Positions 37,761 through 50,862 are shown, numbered from the stretch's first letter. The stretch: 64,000 bases of DNA from Candidatus Methanomethylophilaceae archaeon (GCA_944320495.1 CALUHR010000003.1:1-64000); one strand, 5' to 3'. A program made the numbers and translations. Notes: generated by a model not told the origin, from the sequence alone.

Positions 37761-38869
37761 GCCACGAGGGTTCCATCATCACCGAGGGCGGGACAAGGAT
37801 CCTCGTCCCCCAGCTCCATTCCACCCATGGACCCGGCAAGAAGATCGGGCCCGTGTTCTTCAACGAACAGATGTCCTTCAACAGGGACGTCAGCGTCATG
37901 CTCCTCCGGGCACTGGAGAGGGACCGCATCCGCGTCGGAGACGCCATGGCGGCCACTGGCTCCAGGTCGGTCCGCATAGCCAACGAGGTCCCCGGCACCG
38001 AGGTCGTCGCCAACGACATTTCCGCCGAGGCCGTCGAGTGGATCGACGCCAACATCGAGCTCAACGGGCTCTCTAACTGCACCTCGTCCAAGAGGGACAT
38101 GCACATACTCTTCTCCGAGTCCAGCTTCGACTACGTGGACCTGGACCCGTTCGGATCCCCCATGCCTTTCCTGCAATCGGCCATCCGCGGATGTGCCAGG
38201 AAGGGGATCCTGGCGGTCACAGCCACCGACATGGCGCCCCTCGCCGGCGCCCATGCGGTGAAGTGCCGCAGAAGGTACCAGTGCGAACCGATACGCGGAT
38301 ACATGTGCCACGAGGGCGGCCTGCGCATCCTCATGTGCAACGTGGCCCGCGAACTGGCCAAGTTCGACCGCGGCATGAGGCCTCTGCTCTCATTCTTCGC
38401 CGACCACTACTACCGCACCTACGTGCAGATCGAGGAGGGAGCGAACGCGGCGGACAGGACCCTGGCCCAGCTCGGATACATGGAGTACGACATGGACACG
38501 CTGGAGCGCTCCACGTCGGACGTCCGCGACGAGAAGCATCCGCTCGGCCCGTTCTGGCTGGGTCCGCTGCACGACCGCGCCCTGCTGGACAGGATGAGCC
38601 CCGAGGGAATGGCCGACGAGCGCAGGTGCGTCAAGTACCTCAACCTCTGGCGCAACGAGCTGGAGGACCAGGTCTTCGTCTACGACATGAGCGAGCTCTC
38701 CTCCCATCTCAAGACGTCCCCTCCGAGGATCGCCGAGTTCGTCGAGCTCCTGAACCAACACGGACGCGCCTCCCTGACGCACTTCTCCCCGACCGAGTTC
38801 ATGACGGACGTACCCCTGGGAGAGCTCAAGGCGCTCTTCGCCGAGGCCAGCCCCGACTCGAAGCTTTAA
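37757..38869 (+). CDS. trm1: tRNA (guanine26-N2)-dimethyltransferase
   Basis: VFFNEQM.FNRD, A.TGSRSVR, DLDPFGSP, VTATD.A.L.G, GPFWLGPL. Confidence 0.92.
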   Translation: MSHEGSIITEGGTRILVPQLHSTHGPGKKIGPVFFNEQMSFNRDVSVMLLRALERDRIRVGDAMAATGSRSVRIANEVPGTEVVANDISAEAVEWIDANIELNGLSNCTSSKRDMHILFSESSFDYVDLDPFGSPMPFLQSAIRGCARKGILAVTATDMAPLAGAHAVKCRRRYQCEPIRGYMCHEGGLRILMCNVARELAKFDRGMRPLLSFFADHYYRTYVQIEEGANAADRTLAQLGYMEYDMDTLERSTSDVRDEKHPLGPFWLGPLHDRALLDRMSPEGMADERRCVKYLNLWRNELEDQVFVYDMSELSSHLKTSPPRIAEFVELLNQHGRASLTHFSPTEFMTDVPLGELKALFAEASPDSKL

Positions 38870-38905
38870 TACGGTCTGGGTCATCCTTCCGCCAGAGGAT
38901 TCAGA

Positions 38906-40213
38906 ATGCCCGGACTAGCCATCATCGGATCGCAGTGGGGAGACGAGGGGAAAGGAAAGATCACAGACTACCTGGACGAGAGGGCGGACATGATCGTCCG
39001 CTTCCAGGGCGGCAACAACGCCGGCCACACCATCATCGTGGACGGCAAGACGTTCAAGCTCCACGGGCTCCCATCCGGTGTCGTTCGTCCGGGGAAGCTC
39101 GCCGTCATCGGGAACGGCGTCGTTGTCAACCTGGAGGAGCTCCAGGAGGAGATCGACCAGGTGCTCGCCGCCGGCGGCAGCATCGACGGACTCAGGATCT
39201 CCGACCGCGCCCATCTCATCATGAACTACCACAAGAAGCTCGACGGCGCCGAGGAGAAGTACCGCGGGAAGAACGTGGTGGGGACCACCAAGAAGGGCAT
39301 CGGACCCGCCTACCAGGACAAGATCGCGAGGATCGGATTCCGCGCCGGGGACCTCCTGGAGGAAGACGTGCTGAGGGACAAGATCCAGTTCATCCTGCCC
39401 TACAAGAAGGACGTGCTCGACCTCATGGGGGCCGAGCCCTGCCAGTGCACCCCCGAGTCCCTCTTCGAGAAGATGAAGGGATGGGGAGACTCCATCGGGA
39501 AGTACATCTGCGACACGTCCGTGCTGATCAACGACGCCCTGGATGAGGGCGGCAACGTCATCTTCGAGGGCGCCCAGGGAGCGATGCTGGACATCGACCA
39601 CGGAACGTACCCGTACGTGACCTCCTCCGCCACCTGCGGAGGCGGCGTCTGCACCGGGTCCGGCGTGGCCCCCAACAGGATCGACAGGGTCCTCGGAGTC
39701 GTCAAGGCCTACACCACCCGCGTGGGCGAGGGGCCCTTCGTCACCGAGCTCAACGAGAAGGAGGAGAAGGAGCTCCAGGCCCGCGGTGGCGAGTTCGGCG
39801 TCACCACCGGACGCGGCAGGCGCTGCGGATGGCTGGACCTCGTCGTCGTGGAGCATGCGAAGAGGATGTGCGGGTTCACCTCCCTCGTCATGACCAAGAT
39901 CGACGTCCTGAACGACATGGCCGAGATCCCCGTGTGCGTCGCGTACGAGATCGACGGCACCGAGGTGAAGCACTTCCCCGCATCCATCGCCAAGCTCAAC
40001 AGGGCCAAGCCCGTGTACGAGACCCTCAAGGGATGGAAGGGCTGGGACAGCACCGAGGAGCTCGTCAAGGGCGGATACGACAACCTTCCGGGCGAGATGC
40101 GCGAGTACATCGAGTTCACCGAGAGGTACCTGAAGACCCCGGTGGACATCGTCAGCGTCGGCCCCGACAGGGACGAGACCATCGACCGCCGCAACGGCGA
40201 CTGGTGGTCCTGA
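38906..40213 (+). CDS. purA: Adenylosuccinate synthetase
   Basis: QWGDEGKGK, GGNNAGHT, EGAQG..LDIDHGTYPYVTSS, GVTTGRGRRCGW. Confidence 0.97.
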   Translation: MPGLAIIGSQWGDEGKGKITDYLDERADMIVRFQGGNNAGHTIIVDGKTFKLHGLPSGVVRPGKLAVIGNGVVVNLEELQEEIDQVLAAGGSIDGLRISDRAHLIMNYHKKLDGAEEKYRGKNVVGTTKKGIGPAYQDKIARIGFRAGDLLEEDVLRDKIQFILPYKKDVLDLMGAEPCQCTPESLFEKMKGWGDSIGKYICDTSVLINDALDEGGNVIFEGAQGAMLDIDHGTYPYVTSSATCGGGVCTGSGVAPNRIDRVLGVVKAYTTRVGEGPFVTELNEKEEKELQARGGEFGVTTGRGRRCGWLDLVVVEHAKRMCGFTSLVMTKIDVLNDMAEIPVCVAYEIDGTEVKHFPASIAKLNRAKPVYETLKGWKGWDSTEELVKGGYDNLPGEMREYIEFTERYLKTPVDIVSVGPDRDETIDRRNGDWWS

Positions 40214-40285
40214 GACCTTTAACGCTTCTTACCGCCCCGCCCTGGGCGGGGCACCCTTATCTTATACCCAGACCATTCAGATGGC

Positions 40286-40597
40286 ATGTCGGAATGCGAG
40301 GTTACCGTACACGCCGGCGTCTGCAACATGACCACCGTCATCCGCGCCAAACCCAACGATGACATGACCGTGTCCATCGAGATCGAGAGCAACTGCCCCA
40401 TGGTCAAGAAGACCCCCGTCCCCACCCTCGTCCCGTGGGAGGAGATCGGGCTCCCGATGAGCCAGTCCGCCATCTACAAGTGGGCCAGCGAGAACATCGG
40501 GCACACCGCCTGCCCCGTCCCCTGCGCCATCCTCAAATCCATCGAGGTCGCGGGAGACCTGGGACTCAAGAAGGACGTCTCCATCGAGATCAGATGA
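40286..40597 (+). CDS. Small conserved Cys-containing protein
   Basis: GVC..TT, SNCP, H.ACPVPCAILK.IEV pattern. Confidence 0.7.
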   Translation: MSECEVTVHAGVCNMTTVIRAKPNDDMTVSIEIESNCPMVKKTPVPTLVPWEEIGLPMSQSAIYKWASENIGHTACPVPCAILKSIEVAGDLGLKKDVSIEIR

Positions 40598-40759
40598 GAC
40601 CCATGGGGGCTCCGGCCCCCGACAAACCCATTCTCCAGGAGGACGCCGCGACATGTGACGTCCCCGATGCTTCTGCCGATGACTTCCTCAGCATCCGCCC
40701 CTGACGAAGGAACGCGATGCCCCCGTCGGTTTACCGCATCGCACATCGCCCCCATCCAT

Positions 40760-41962
40760 TCGGAGCCTGGCAGTGGAGGACGTCCCCCTGCCCTCCCCTC
40801 CGCACGCCAGGATAACGAGGCACGAGCAGACCGCGGCCATCAGGAGGAACGCGGCGCCCAGGTACCCGATGTACGGAAGGCCGAAGGAGTCGAAGACGAT
40901 TCCCGCGAGATAGGAACCGGCGGCTATCCCCACGTTGAACGACGTTGGGTTGAGCGAGGATACGAGATTGATCGCCTCCGGATAGTCCCTGGTCCCGATC
41001 TCCAGCAGATGCACCTGCACGGAGGCGTTCATGACGTACATCATGAGCCCGATGAGCAGTATGTCGGCCATCCCGGTGACCGCGCCCGCCAGAGCCGTCG
41101 GCAGCAGGAACAGTGCCAATCCCTCCAGCAGGCATCCCCAGCGGACGGTGCGGAACCCCCCGTGGGAGGCTATCCTCCCGGACATCAGGTTGCTGGCCAG
41201 GACGGCCACCCCGTAGGCCATCAGACCGAGGGACACCATGCCCTCTGAGAAGCCGAGCTCGTCCTCGAATATCGGCGTGATGTAGGTGTACACGGCGTAG
41301 ACACCGCCAGCGCTGAAGACCGTCACCAGACATGCGAGCAGGACCCTCGGATCCCTCAGCATCCTCCGTGCCGCGCCCTTACGCCTCGGCCCCGCATGCC
41401 CTCCCGAACGCGGGAGCGTCCTCGCAGCGAAGGCCAGTGCGACGAGCGACATTACCAGTATCAGGACGAACACCGATCTCCACCCGAGGACTCCGGACAT
41501 GTAGGTCCCCAACGGGACGCCCACTATCGACGAGAGGCTGAACCCGGCGAAGACCCACGACACGGCCGCGGAGCGGTGCCTCTGCGTGACCAGGTCCATC
41601 ACGAAGGTCAGACCCACTGCCAGGAGCGACCCCGATGCGGCGGCGGTGACCACGCGGGACACCAGCAGCGGGACGTACCCCCACGACACAAGCGACAGCA
41701 GGTTGGCCAGGATGAACACGACCGCCAGGGACATGGCGAGCCTGTACCTCCCGAACCTCCCCGTGACACCCGTTATAAGAGGCGTGAACACGGCATAGCT
41801 CAAGGCGAAGACGGACACCAGCGAACCGACCGCGGTGTACTCGACACCGAGCCCCGACGCGATGTCAGGCAGGATGCCCATGACGATGAACTCGCTGGTC
41901 CCCATGACGAAGCTCAGGAAGACGAGCGCGACAACCGCCGGAGTGAACAGCCTGTCATCCAC
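40760..41962 (-). CDS. MFS transporter; proposed CGA stop
   Basis: GTSEFIVMGILPDIA N-terminus from GTG 41962, about 12 TMs. First CGA follows STARL; standard stop at 40688. Confidence 0.85.
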
Positions 41963-42046
41963 GCCCGTTCGAGAGCCGAGGCCGTATTTAGCACTGATGA
42001 CACGCGAGGGTTTTATACGATGCTGGCAGTGGACGACCCGATCAAC

Positions 42047-43255
42047 ATGAAGAAGATCAAGGCATCCAGGCGCTCGATGGGTATGAACTACGCGATACGC
42101 GAGGTCACCGTCCCTGCCGCCGCCGCCAAAGCAGCGGGAGTGGATCTCCTTGATCTCAACATCGGGGACCCCAACAAGTGGGACTTCGAGACCCCCGAGT
42201 ACTTCAAGGCCACCCTCCGCGCGGCAGTGGACGAGACGGACAACGGGTACGGGGACTCCCAGGGCAACCTGGACCTCCGCGAGGCCATCGTCGACCGCGA
42301 GTACGAGAAGCACGGCATCCACATCACGTCCGGCGACGTCTACGTCACCGCAGGTGTCAGCGAGGCCATCAACGTTATGATGGGGACCCTCATCGAGCCG
42401 GGAGACGAGATCCTCGTCCCCGGGCCCGGCTACCCCTCGTACGCTCAGTACATCAACTTCTACGAGGGCCGTACCGTCCCCTACAGGCAGATCGAGGAGG
42501 AGGACTGGCGCCCCGACGTGGACATGATCAGGAAGAGGATCACCGACCGCACTAAGGCGATGATCATCATCAACCCGAACAACCCGACCGGCGCGGTCTA
42601 CGACGAGAAGACCATCCGTGAGATGGGCGACCTCGCCGCGGAGTTCGACATACCCCTGATCTCCGACGAGATCTACGACAAGATCGTCATGGAGGGCGAC
42701 TACTTCTCCGCGTCCCAGCTCCCCGACGACATACCCCGCGTGATCTTCAACGGGTTCTCCAAGGTCAACCTGATGCCCGGCTGGAGGATGGGCTACATGT
42801 ACTTCATGGACGAGAGGGGCCTGATGGACGAGGTCCGCGAGGGTCTCATGAAGCAGTTCCGTGCGAGGATCTGCCCCAACGTCCCCTGCCAGGCGGCAGC
42901 CCGCGCCTCCCTGCAGGGCCCCCAGGAGTACATCGCCGAGATGAACAGGAAGCTGAAGGAGAGGGCGGACTTCTCCTACAGGCGCCTCAACGAGATCGAC
43001 CGCATCTCCACCCGCCGTGTGAAGGGAGCGTTCTACATGTTCCCCAGCATCGACCTCAGGGACACCCCCTGGAGGACGGACAAGGACTTCGTCCTCGATC
43101 TGATCAGGGAGGAAGGCGTCGTCGTGGTGCACGGCTCCGGTTTCTGCTCGGAGTTCGGACAGGACCACTTCAGGACAATAACCCTGCCCCCGATGGAGAC
43201 GCTGGAGGAGGCCTACGACAGACTGGAGCGCTTCCTGAAGCATCACGCGTCCTGA
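42047..43255 (+). CDS. PLP-dependent class I/II aminotransferase (AlaA-like)
   Basis: LNIGDP, GYG.SQG, INPNNPTG, DEIYD, NGFSK...PGWRMGY, GAFYMFP. Alternative start at 42020. Confidence 0.92.
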   Translation: MKKIKASRRSMGMNYAIREVTVPAAAAKAAGVDLLDLNIGDPNKWDFETPEYFKATLRAAVDETDNGYGDSQGNLDLREAIVDREYEKHGIHITSGDVYVTAGVSEAINVMMGTLIEPGDEILVPGPGYPSYAQYINFYEGRTVPYRQIEEEDWRPDVDMIRKRITDRTKAMIIINPNNPTGAVYDEKTIREMGDLAAEFDIPLISDEIYDKIVMEGDYFSASQLPDDIPRVIFNGFSKVNLMPGWRMGYMYFMDERGLMDEVREGLMKQFRARICPNVPCQAAARASLQGPQEYIAEMNRKLKERADFSYRRLNEIDRISTRRVKGAFYMFPSIDLRDTPWRTDKDFVLDLIREEGVVVVHGSGFCSEFGQDHFRTITLPPMETLEEAYDRLERFLKHHAS

Positions 43256-43326
43256 ACCGATATCTGAAAAAAATCCAGACGATGGCTGGAGACTGACCTC
43301 CGGCCATCGTCGAAACGGTTTCGTAC

Positions 43327-43898
43327 TCACGGCCGCTGCTCCGGCTCCCAGGGAAACTGGGGCCTGAGCAGGCATACCATCATCATCAGTGTCCCGGACC
43401 CGTTCATCCTGACGGACTGGAACCCGTATCCGGTGTAGTACTCCATCAGCTCCGGCTTGCAGTCTATGCGAACAACCGGGCATCCGATGATCGCGTTGGC
43501 CTCGCGGATGAGACCCATCGCATCGGCCATGAGCTGCTTCCCGAATCCTTTCTCCGAACCGTCGGCGCGTCCGAGCTGGCCTATCAGGTACGTCTGGGCC
43601 ACATCGGTCTCGGACTGCACGTTGAGGTGCTTGTACATGGATTTGGAGATCCGGGAGTCCTTCGGTACGATCCCGCAGCGCATGCTGAGGCTGAAGTATC
43701 CGAGATCGAGCCGCTCTCCGTATCCAGAGCCAGATAGACCCTGGCCAGTTCGCGCTTCTCATACGGGATAGCCGATCTGTGAAGGAAGTCCTCGAGGTCC
43801 TTATCCCTGGAGCATCTGAAGGAACTCAACCTCTTCCGAATGTCTTCCTCGGGATAGGACCTGATGAACTCGCTTAGGGGGAATATCCTGTATACCAC
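43327..43898 (-). pseudogene. GNAT acetyltransferase (toxin-like) with a 1-nt frameshift
   Basis: F.C.RDKDLEDFL...A in one frame; LGYFSLS...YLIGQLGR...GFG..LM..A in another. The frames join near 43703-43708. Confidence 0.75.
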
Positions 43899-43907
43899 TA
43901 CTCTCCC

Positions 43908-44075
43908 TCAGCCCTTCATGAACTTGTCCATTATCGCGCGGTCGGTGCAGAGTTCGACCTTCCGGTAGGGGAGCACCTCATCGATCTCCCCGACACGCTC
44001 TATGGCCTTCTCCATGTTGGCGATGGCCTCGGGCGTGTCCAGGATCAGGTCCTCGTAATATGAACCCGTGGCCAT
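43908..44075 (-). CDS. Small protein upstream of the GNAT gene (putative antitoxin)
   Basis: 55-aa ORF MATGSYYEDLILDTPEAIANMEKA...KFMKG, 9 nt from the GNAT start. Confidence 0.55.
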   Translation of the reverse strand: MATGSYYEDLILDTPEAIANMEKAIERVGEIDEVLPYRKVELCTDRAIMDKFMKG

Positions 44076-44163
44076 TTCGAATCACCGGTAAATCGTTGGT
44101 CGACATCCCTTATAAAAGATCGGCATGCGCCAACCCTGCGGACGGATGTCGTTCCCGTGGGGA

Positions 44164-45978
44164 TCAGTGGCCCTCGTCCTGATCGTCGGCGTCCATGGCC
44201 TGCCTCTCCAGCCTGTTCTGGCGGTACTTCTTGACGTACACGGAGAGGATCACGAGGGCCGCCGCGGCCACGACCACGGCATAGTACCACAGCTCGACGT
44301 TGACGGCGTTGGGCACGATGAGGATGATCAGGAAGTCGATCAGCAGGATCAGCAGATACGTGTTTATGTCCAGCAGCCTGAGGAACCTGTCGTAGACCGC
44401 GGACGGGTTGCTATCCGAGCCCTCCCTGTTGGCGATGCGCTTGGCCCCGCCGATGATGATCTCGTCCAGGAACTTCACGTTGTTGATCATGTAGTACGTG
44501 GGGATCGTCAGGAGCAGGAAGTTCACTCCGAGGATGATCAGGACCCAGCCGGCCTGGCTCCCTCCGAACGCGGTCAGCAGCCAGTCGCAGAGCGGCGGGA
44601 GCAGGAAGTAGAACGCTATCTCGATGACCGCGATGACCAGGATGTTGATGTACGCATGGGTCATGCTGCGGTAGACGGCCTTCTGGGACTTCTTCGAGGA
44701 CGCGGAGAGGCGGTCGTAGGTCCTGGACCTGGCGTCGTTGAGGGAGCAGCATGCGGCGTAGACCTTGCGGGGGCATCTGTCCACAGCCTTGTCCCACAGG
44801 GCGCCGGAGTAGCGGGCAGCTATAGGCAGGACGATCATGGACATGAGCGCGGCGCCGATGACAGAGGTGTAGAACGAATCGCCGACGACGCCGCTGGACA
44901 GCGCCTCGGCGGCGATGATGAAGGCGAACTCTCCCATGGCGCACAGACTGGTGGCCGACAGGAACCCGTTCTTGCAGCTCTCGTTACCGATCCAGTAGGC
45001 GAGGAAGACGGTGGCGCTCTTCAGGACGAAGAACAGCAGGAAGAAGATCAGGATCGTGCTGAAGTTGTCCACGAGGATGGACGCGGGGAACACCTCCGCA
45101 CCCACGCTGATGAAGAACACGGCCATGAAAAGGTCGCGCATAGGCTCGATCTTGTGATTGATGTCCTTGGCCTTCCTGCTGCTGGCGACCATCATTCCCA
45201 TCAGGAAGGCGCCGATGGCCATGGACAGACCGGCGTACATCGAGAGAAGGGCCATTCCGAAAGCGAGTCCCACGGACGTCACGGTTAGGATCTCGTCGGA
45301 CACGTTGTCGGAGATCCAGTTGATGACCTTCGGGACTATCCTCAGACCGATCACGATGCTGATGATCATGAACGCGAGGATCTTGACGATCAGGACGATG
45401 ATCTCGTTGATGTCCATCCCGCCCATCCCTCCGGCGGCGTAGTTCGCCATCAGCGGCGTGATCATGGACAGGATGATGACCTGGCCTATGTCCTCCATGA
45501 TGGTGATGAGGACGAGCATCTCGATGTGCTCCTTGTCCAGCTTACCCTGGGACTTGAGGACCCCCATGACGACGGCCGTGGACGAACCGGAGATGATGGC
45601 GCCGAGAACGATGGACTGGGTCATGTCGTAGCCGAGGAGCGAGCCTGCGATGAAACCGCCAAGGACCATCAGGGGCAGCTGGATCACTGCCACCAGAATG
45701 GCGAAGGACCCCTGCTTGCGGATCTTCTTGATGTTGATCTCCAGTCCTATGCAGAACATAAGCAGTATCAAGCCGAAGTCCTTCAGCAGCGAGATGATCT
45801 CTTCTTCGGCGAGGATCGTCTCCTCGTCCTGATGGATGAACATCACATTGACGAGGACGATACCGGCGATAATGTAGCCGATGAGGGGCGGGAGCTTGAG
45901 CTTGTTGAAGATGATGGAACAGACTGCGGCCAACAGCGTGAAAAGCGCCAATGCCGTGACCATCACTATCTCTTCCAT
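44164..45978 (-). CDS. CPA2/KefC-family cation:proton antiporter
   Basis: LPPLIGYIIAG, GLILLMFCIGLE, SSTAVV, MEDI, LSMAIGAFLMG, GEFAFII. Confidence 0.9.
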   Translation of the reverse strand: MEEIVMVTALALFTLLAAVCSIIFNKLKLPPLIGYIIAGIVLVNVMFIHQDEETILAEEEIISLLKDFGLILLMFCIGLEINIKKIRKQGSFAILVAVIQLPLMVLGGFIAGSLLGYDMTQSIVLGAIISGSSTAVVMGVLKSQGKLDKEHIEMLVLITIMEDIGQVIILSMITPLMANYAAGGMGGMDINEIIVLIVKILAFMIISIVIGLRIVPKVINWISDNVSDEILTVTSVGLAFGMALLSMYAGLSMAIGAFLMGMMVASSRKAKDINHKIEPMRDLFMAVFFISVGAEVFPASILVDNFSTILIFFLLFFVLKSATVFLAYWIGNESCKNGFLSATSLCAMGEFAFIIAAEALSSGVVGDSFYTSVIGAALMSMIVLPIAARYSGALWDKAVDRCPRKVYAACCSLNDARSRTYDRLSASSKKSQKAVYRSMTHAYINILVIAVIEIAFYFLLPPLCDWLLTAFGGSQAGWVLIILGVNFLLLTIPTYYMINNVKFLDEIIIGGAKRIANREGSDSNPSAVYDRFLRLLDINTYLLILLIDFLIILIVPNAVNVELWYYAVVVAAAALVILSVYVKKYRQNRLERQAMDADDQDEGH

Positions 45979-46108
45979 CTTCCACCCGCGAATGCGATGC
46001 ATTGCTACGATTTATAATGTACATCTGTGACCACCGGGACAATGGGAATATCTCCACCAGCCGGTTTTATCTATTAAATATTGGATGTATAATCCAATAG
46101 GTGTGCTG

Positions 46109-46504
46109 ATGGCCCCAGACGATCCAAGGAAGAAGGTTTGCCTGCGCTGCGGTCACGGATGGATCAGCCATGTCGAGACCCCTGCCAGGTGCCCGTCCTG
46201 CGGTTCGTACCGCTGGAAAGACGAACCGCGGGAGAACCTCTGTCCGGTCTGCGGCCACATGTGGCGCTCGCGCTCCGAGGGCTCCGGAAAGAGATGCCCC
46301 GCCTGCAGAGCGCGTCCGAGAGCATCATCAGATCATGATGGAGGGCACTGCGTGGAAGCGGTCGATAGCAAGAAGGAGGAGATAGTCGGCAGATACCTCA
46401 AGGGCGAGGGATGTGTCAAGATATCCATGGACACAGGACTGTCCGTCGACACCGTGATGAGAACTTTGAAAGGGGTTTCCGACGGCGGGCGCCTGAGGAT
46501 GCGA
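46109..46504 (+). CDS. Double zinc-ribbon plus HTH protein; proposed CGA stop
   Basis: CLRCGHGW...RCPSC and CPVCGHMW...RCPAC, C-terminal HTH-like helices. CGA at 46502; standard stop overlaps ribH. Confidence 0.7.
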
Positions 46505-46520
46505 CGCCCGCCGAAGGCGA

Positions 46521-46931
46521 TCACTCCAGCCTCTGGAGCATCTTGACGACCGCGTCGACGACCTCGCGGCCCTTCTCGATGCGGTCCATCGCCTGGAGCT
46601 CGGTCATGCCGGGGCCAGTGACTCCGAACCCGACGGGCTTGTTGTACTCGAGACCGAGGTCCATGATCTTACGGGACGCCTGGGCGACGACGACCTCGTC
46701 GTGCTTGGTCTCGCCGGTGATGACCGCGCCGAGTGTGATGACGGCATCGATGTCGTCCTTCTCGAGCATGTTCTTGACAGCCATGGGGATCTCGAATACC
46801 CCGGGGACCAGGATGGTCTTTGCAATCTTCACTCCGAGGAACTCGGCCTCCGCCTTCGCCCTCTCGATCATGAGGGATGTGACCTCGAAGTTGAACTCCG
46901 CTGCGACCATCCCGATCTTGTACTCCTTCAT
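46521..46931 (-). CDS. ribH: Lumazine synthase
   Basis: AEFN, VPGVFEIP, LGAVI.GET.H.E.V, FGV.GPG. Confidence 0.93.
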   Translation of the reverse strand: MKEYKIGMVAAEFNFEVTSLMIERAKAEAEFLGVKIAKTILVPGVFEIPMAVKNMLEKDDIDAVITLGAVITGETKHDEVVVAQASRKIMDLGLEYNKPVGFGVTGPGMTELQAMDRIEKGREVVDAVVKMLQRLE

Positions 46932-46935
46932 CTCG

Positions 46936-48532
<1,597 letters not shown>

Positions 48533-48797
48533 CCTGTGGGTGTATCCGTAACGCCGTCATAACCGAAAGCGACATACCAGATACATGGTAGATGGTAAGG
48601 CGGATTGTAGCCCCGCCTTCGAGGATGTGGTGTGAGAAACGGGGAGGAACGCCACCCTAGCGATAGGAGGGAAACGTGACGGATGCAGGATGGCGTTTCC
48701 CCCGCCTCGGGCGCCGGATGCCGCCCTCGGCGGGGAAGGGGAGGGCCGGGTGTGTCGTCCCGGCGGTCCCCGTGGTTTCGCTCTGGTCCCTGGGGAC

Positions 48798-50186
48798 TCA
48801 GTGCTTGATGTCGAGACCGGCGTCCCTGAGGGTGGCGACGGCCTTGTCGTAGATGTCCAGGTACTCCTGGGTCGGCTTGACGGTCTTGACGTCGTAGCAC
48901 TCCTGGAAGGTCTTGCCGGCCGGAGCGTCGGTGAAGTGGGCCTCGTAGGCGGGCACGATCTTGTTCAGGATCTCGTTGACGTCGGAGATCTTCATTCCGC
49001 AGGTGGCCACGGCGGCGTTGCCCATGATCCTGGCCTCCATTCCGGTGGTCTTGTCCTGGACGACTCCCTTGGCGGCGGCGGATCCGGAGAGGAGCTCCCT
49101 TCCGGAGGCGGTGTCGGTGATCGCCTGGGCGGCGGTCTCCAGCAGGCACATCTCGGTGCAGGGTCCTGCCATCGGGTAGTACTGGTTGGCCAGGAGCAGG
49201 TCGGTGTTGGCGTCGACGGCTGCGGCTGCCCAAGCGGCGACCTGGAGGGTCTCTCTCGCAGTGGTGACTCCCCACCTGATGTGGATGGGTCCGTCCAGGT
49301 GGAAGTTTCCGCTGAAGCAGGCGAAGGATCCGAGGGTGGTGGCGACGTCGCAGATGGCGGTCTCCTCGACGCCTCCGGTGTATCCACCGAAGATGGGCAT
49401 CTGCTCGATCATGATCATGTCGCCGACGGTGGTCCATCCGGCCAGCATGTTCAGTCCGGTCATGTCGATCTTCAGCTCGTTGAGCTGGGAGCACTCGTGC
49501 GCGTCGGTGATCCTGTGTCCCGCGTTGGGGAGATCGGCGCAGAGACGTCCGGCCTCGGACAGAGGCGTCTCGGGTCCCTAAACACCCATGCCGGGCCTGG
49601 CTGCCCTAACACGGGCCTCCTTGACGGCCCTGAGCTCGGCCATGGTCGCACGGATCTCGTAGGGGGTCTTGGTCTTAGCCGGGTGGCCCTCGATCGTGGT
49701 CATGACTCCGTTGACGAGGGTGTCGACGACTCCCTCCTGGGCGTAGGACTGCATGACCTGCACGAAGACGTCCTCGGAGATCGGGGATCCGGTGGGTCCT
49801 CCCTGGATGATCGGCTTGACGTTGCTGTTGCCGTGCCTGGGGTAGAACCTGGCGATGTCTTTTCCCTCTCCGTAGATCATCTTGGTCGGGGTCTTCTTGA
49901 TTCCCTCCCAGACCTCCTCCTCGGTGACGTGCATGACACGGCCGAGGTCCTGGTTGTAGTAACCGACGGTGACCAGCATCTCAAGTCCGGCCTGGAAGAG
50001 CCTGTTGACCATGTCCTTGTCCTCGGGGACGATCTCCTTCGGGTCGAACTTGATGTTGTACTTCTCTTTGAGAGCGGTGAGGTTCTCGGGGGTGATCTTG
50101 TAGTCCCAGTCCTCCACCTTGACTTTCTTTCCCTTCACGAACCTGTCGTAGACGTCGGGGATGGTGAGTGCCCTTGTTGCTGCCAT
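48798..50186 (-). CDS. mtmB: Monomethylamine methyltransferase MtmB (Pyl at codon 203)
   Basis: QGGPTGSPISE, then RPGMGV-TAG(49578-80)-GPETPLS, then HECSQLNELKID, NQYYPMAGPCTEMCL. Two ORF-track pieces join in frame, 462 aa. Confidence 0.97.
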
Positions 50187-50223
50187 TTCTTTTCCTCCTT
50201 AGTAGTTCCTATGGCGTTTTGCT

Positions 50224-50862
50224 TCAGGCTCCGACAAGCTTGTCGACGAGTCCGATGATCTCGTTCGCGGTCTCGGAGTATCCGTCGGCTCCGATCTGGT
50301 CGCACCACTCCTGGCTGCAGGGGGCTCCTCCGAAGATGCACTTGTAGGGGGCCTCCGCCTCGTTCTTGGCCTCGACGAGCTCCCTCTGGGACTCGAGGGT
50401 GGTGGTCATGAGAGCGGATCCTCCGATGACCTGCGCCTCGTTCTCGTCGGCGGCGTCGAGGAAGTCCTGGGCGGTCACGTCGGGTCCGAGGTCGATGACC
50501 TTGTATCCGGCACCGCGGAGCATGGCGCAGCAGACGTTCTTTCCGATCTCGTGGATGTCTCCCTCGACGGTTCCCATGATGACGCATCCCTTGAGGGATC
50601 CGGCACCGGCGGTCATGAGGGGCTCGAGGATTTTGAGGGCCATCTCCATGGTCTTGGATGCGGCGACGACCTGCGGGAGGAAGATCTCGGCCTTGTCGAA
50701 CCTGTCGCCGATGACTTCCATTCCCTTTCCGAGTCCGTCTCCGATGATCTCTGCGACGGAGATGTTGGCGTCGATGGCCTTCTGGGTGGCCTCCTGGACG
50801 AGCTTTATGTCCCAGGTCTCGACAGACTTCTTCAGATCTGCAAGGATCTCCTCTTTGCTCAT
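50224..50862 (-). CDS. mtmC: Methylamine corrinoid protein
   Basis: GTVEGDIHEIGKN B12-binding motif, SALMTTT, GGAP; directly upstream of mtmB. Confidence 0.93.
   Translation of the reverse strand: MSKEEILADLKKSVETWDIKLVQEATQKAIDANISVAEIIGDGLGKGMEVIGDRFDKAEIFLPQVVAASKTMEMALKILEPLMTAGAGSLKGCVIMGTVEGDIHEIGKNVCCAMLRGAGYKVIDLGPDVTAQDFLDAADENEAQVIGGSALMTTTLESQRELVEAKNEAEAPYKCIFGGAPCSQEWCDQIGADGYSETANEIIGLVDKLVGA

Noticed and set aside
43695-43715. Programmed frameshift in the GNAT gene
   Set aside because: No slippery sequence or obvious stimulatory structure.
40688-43762. 1024-aa ORF
   Set aside because: Antisense shadow of the aminotransferase joined to the real MFS gene.
48533-48700. FMN riboswitch upstream of the rib operon
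   Set aside because: No RFN consensus segments seen.
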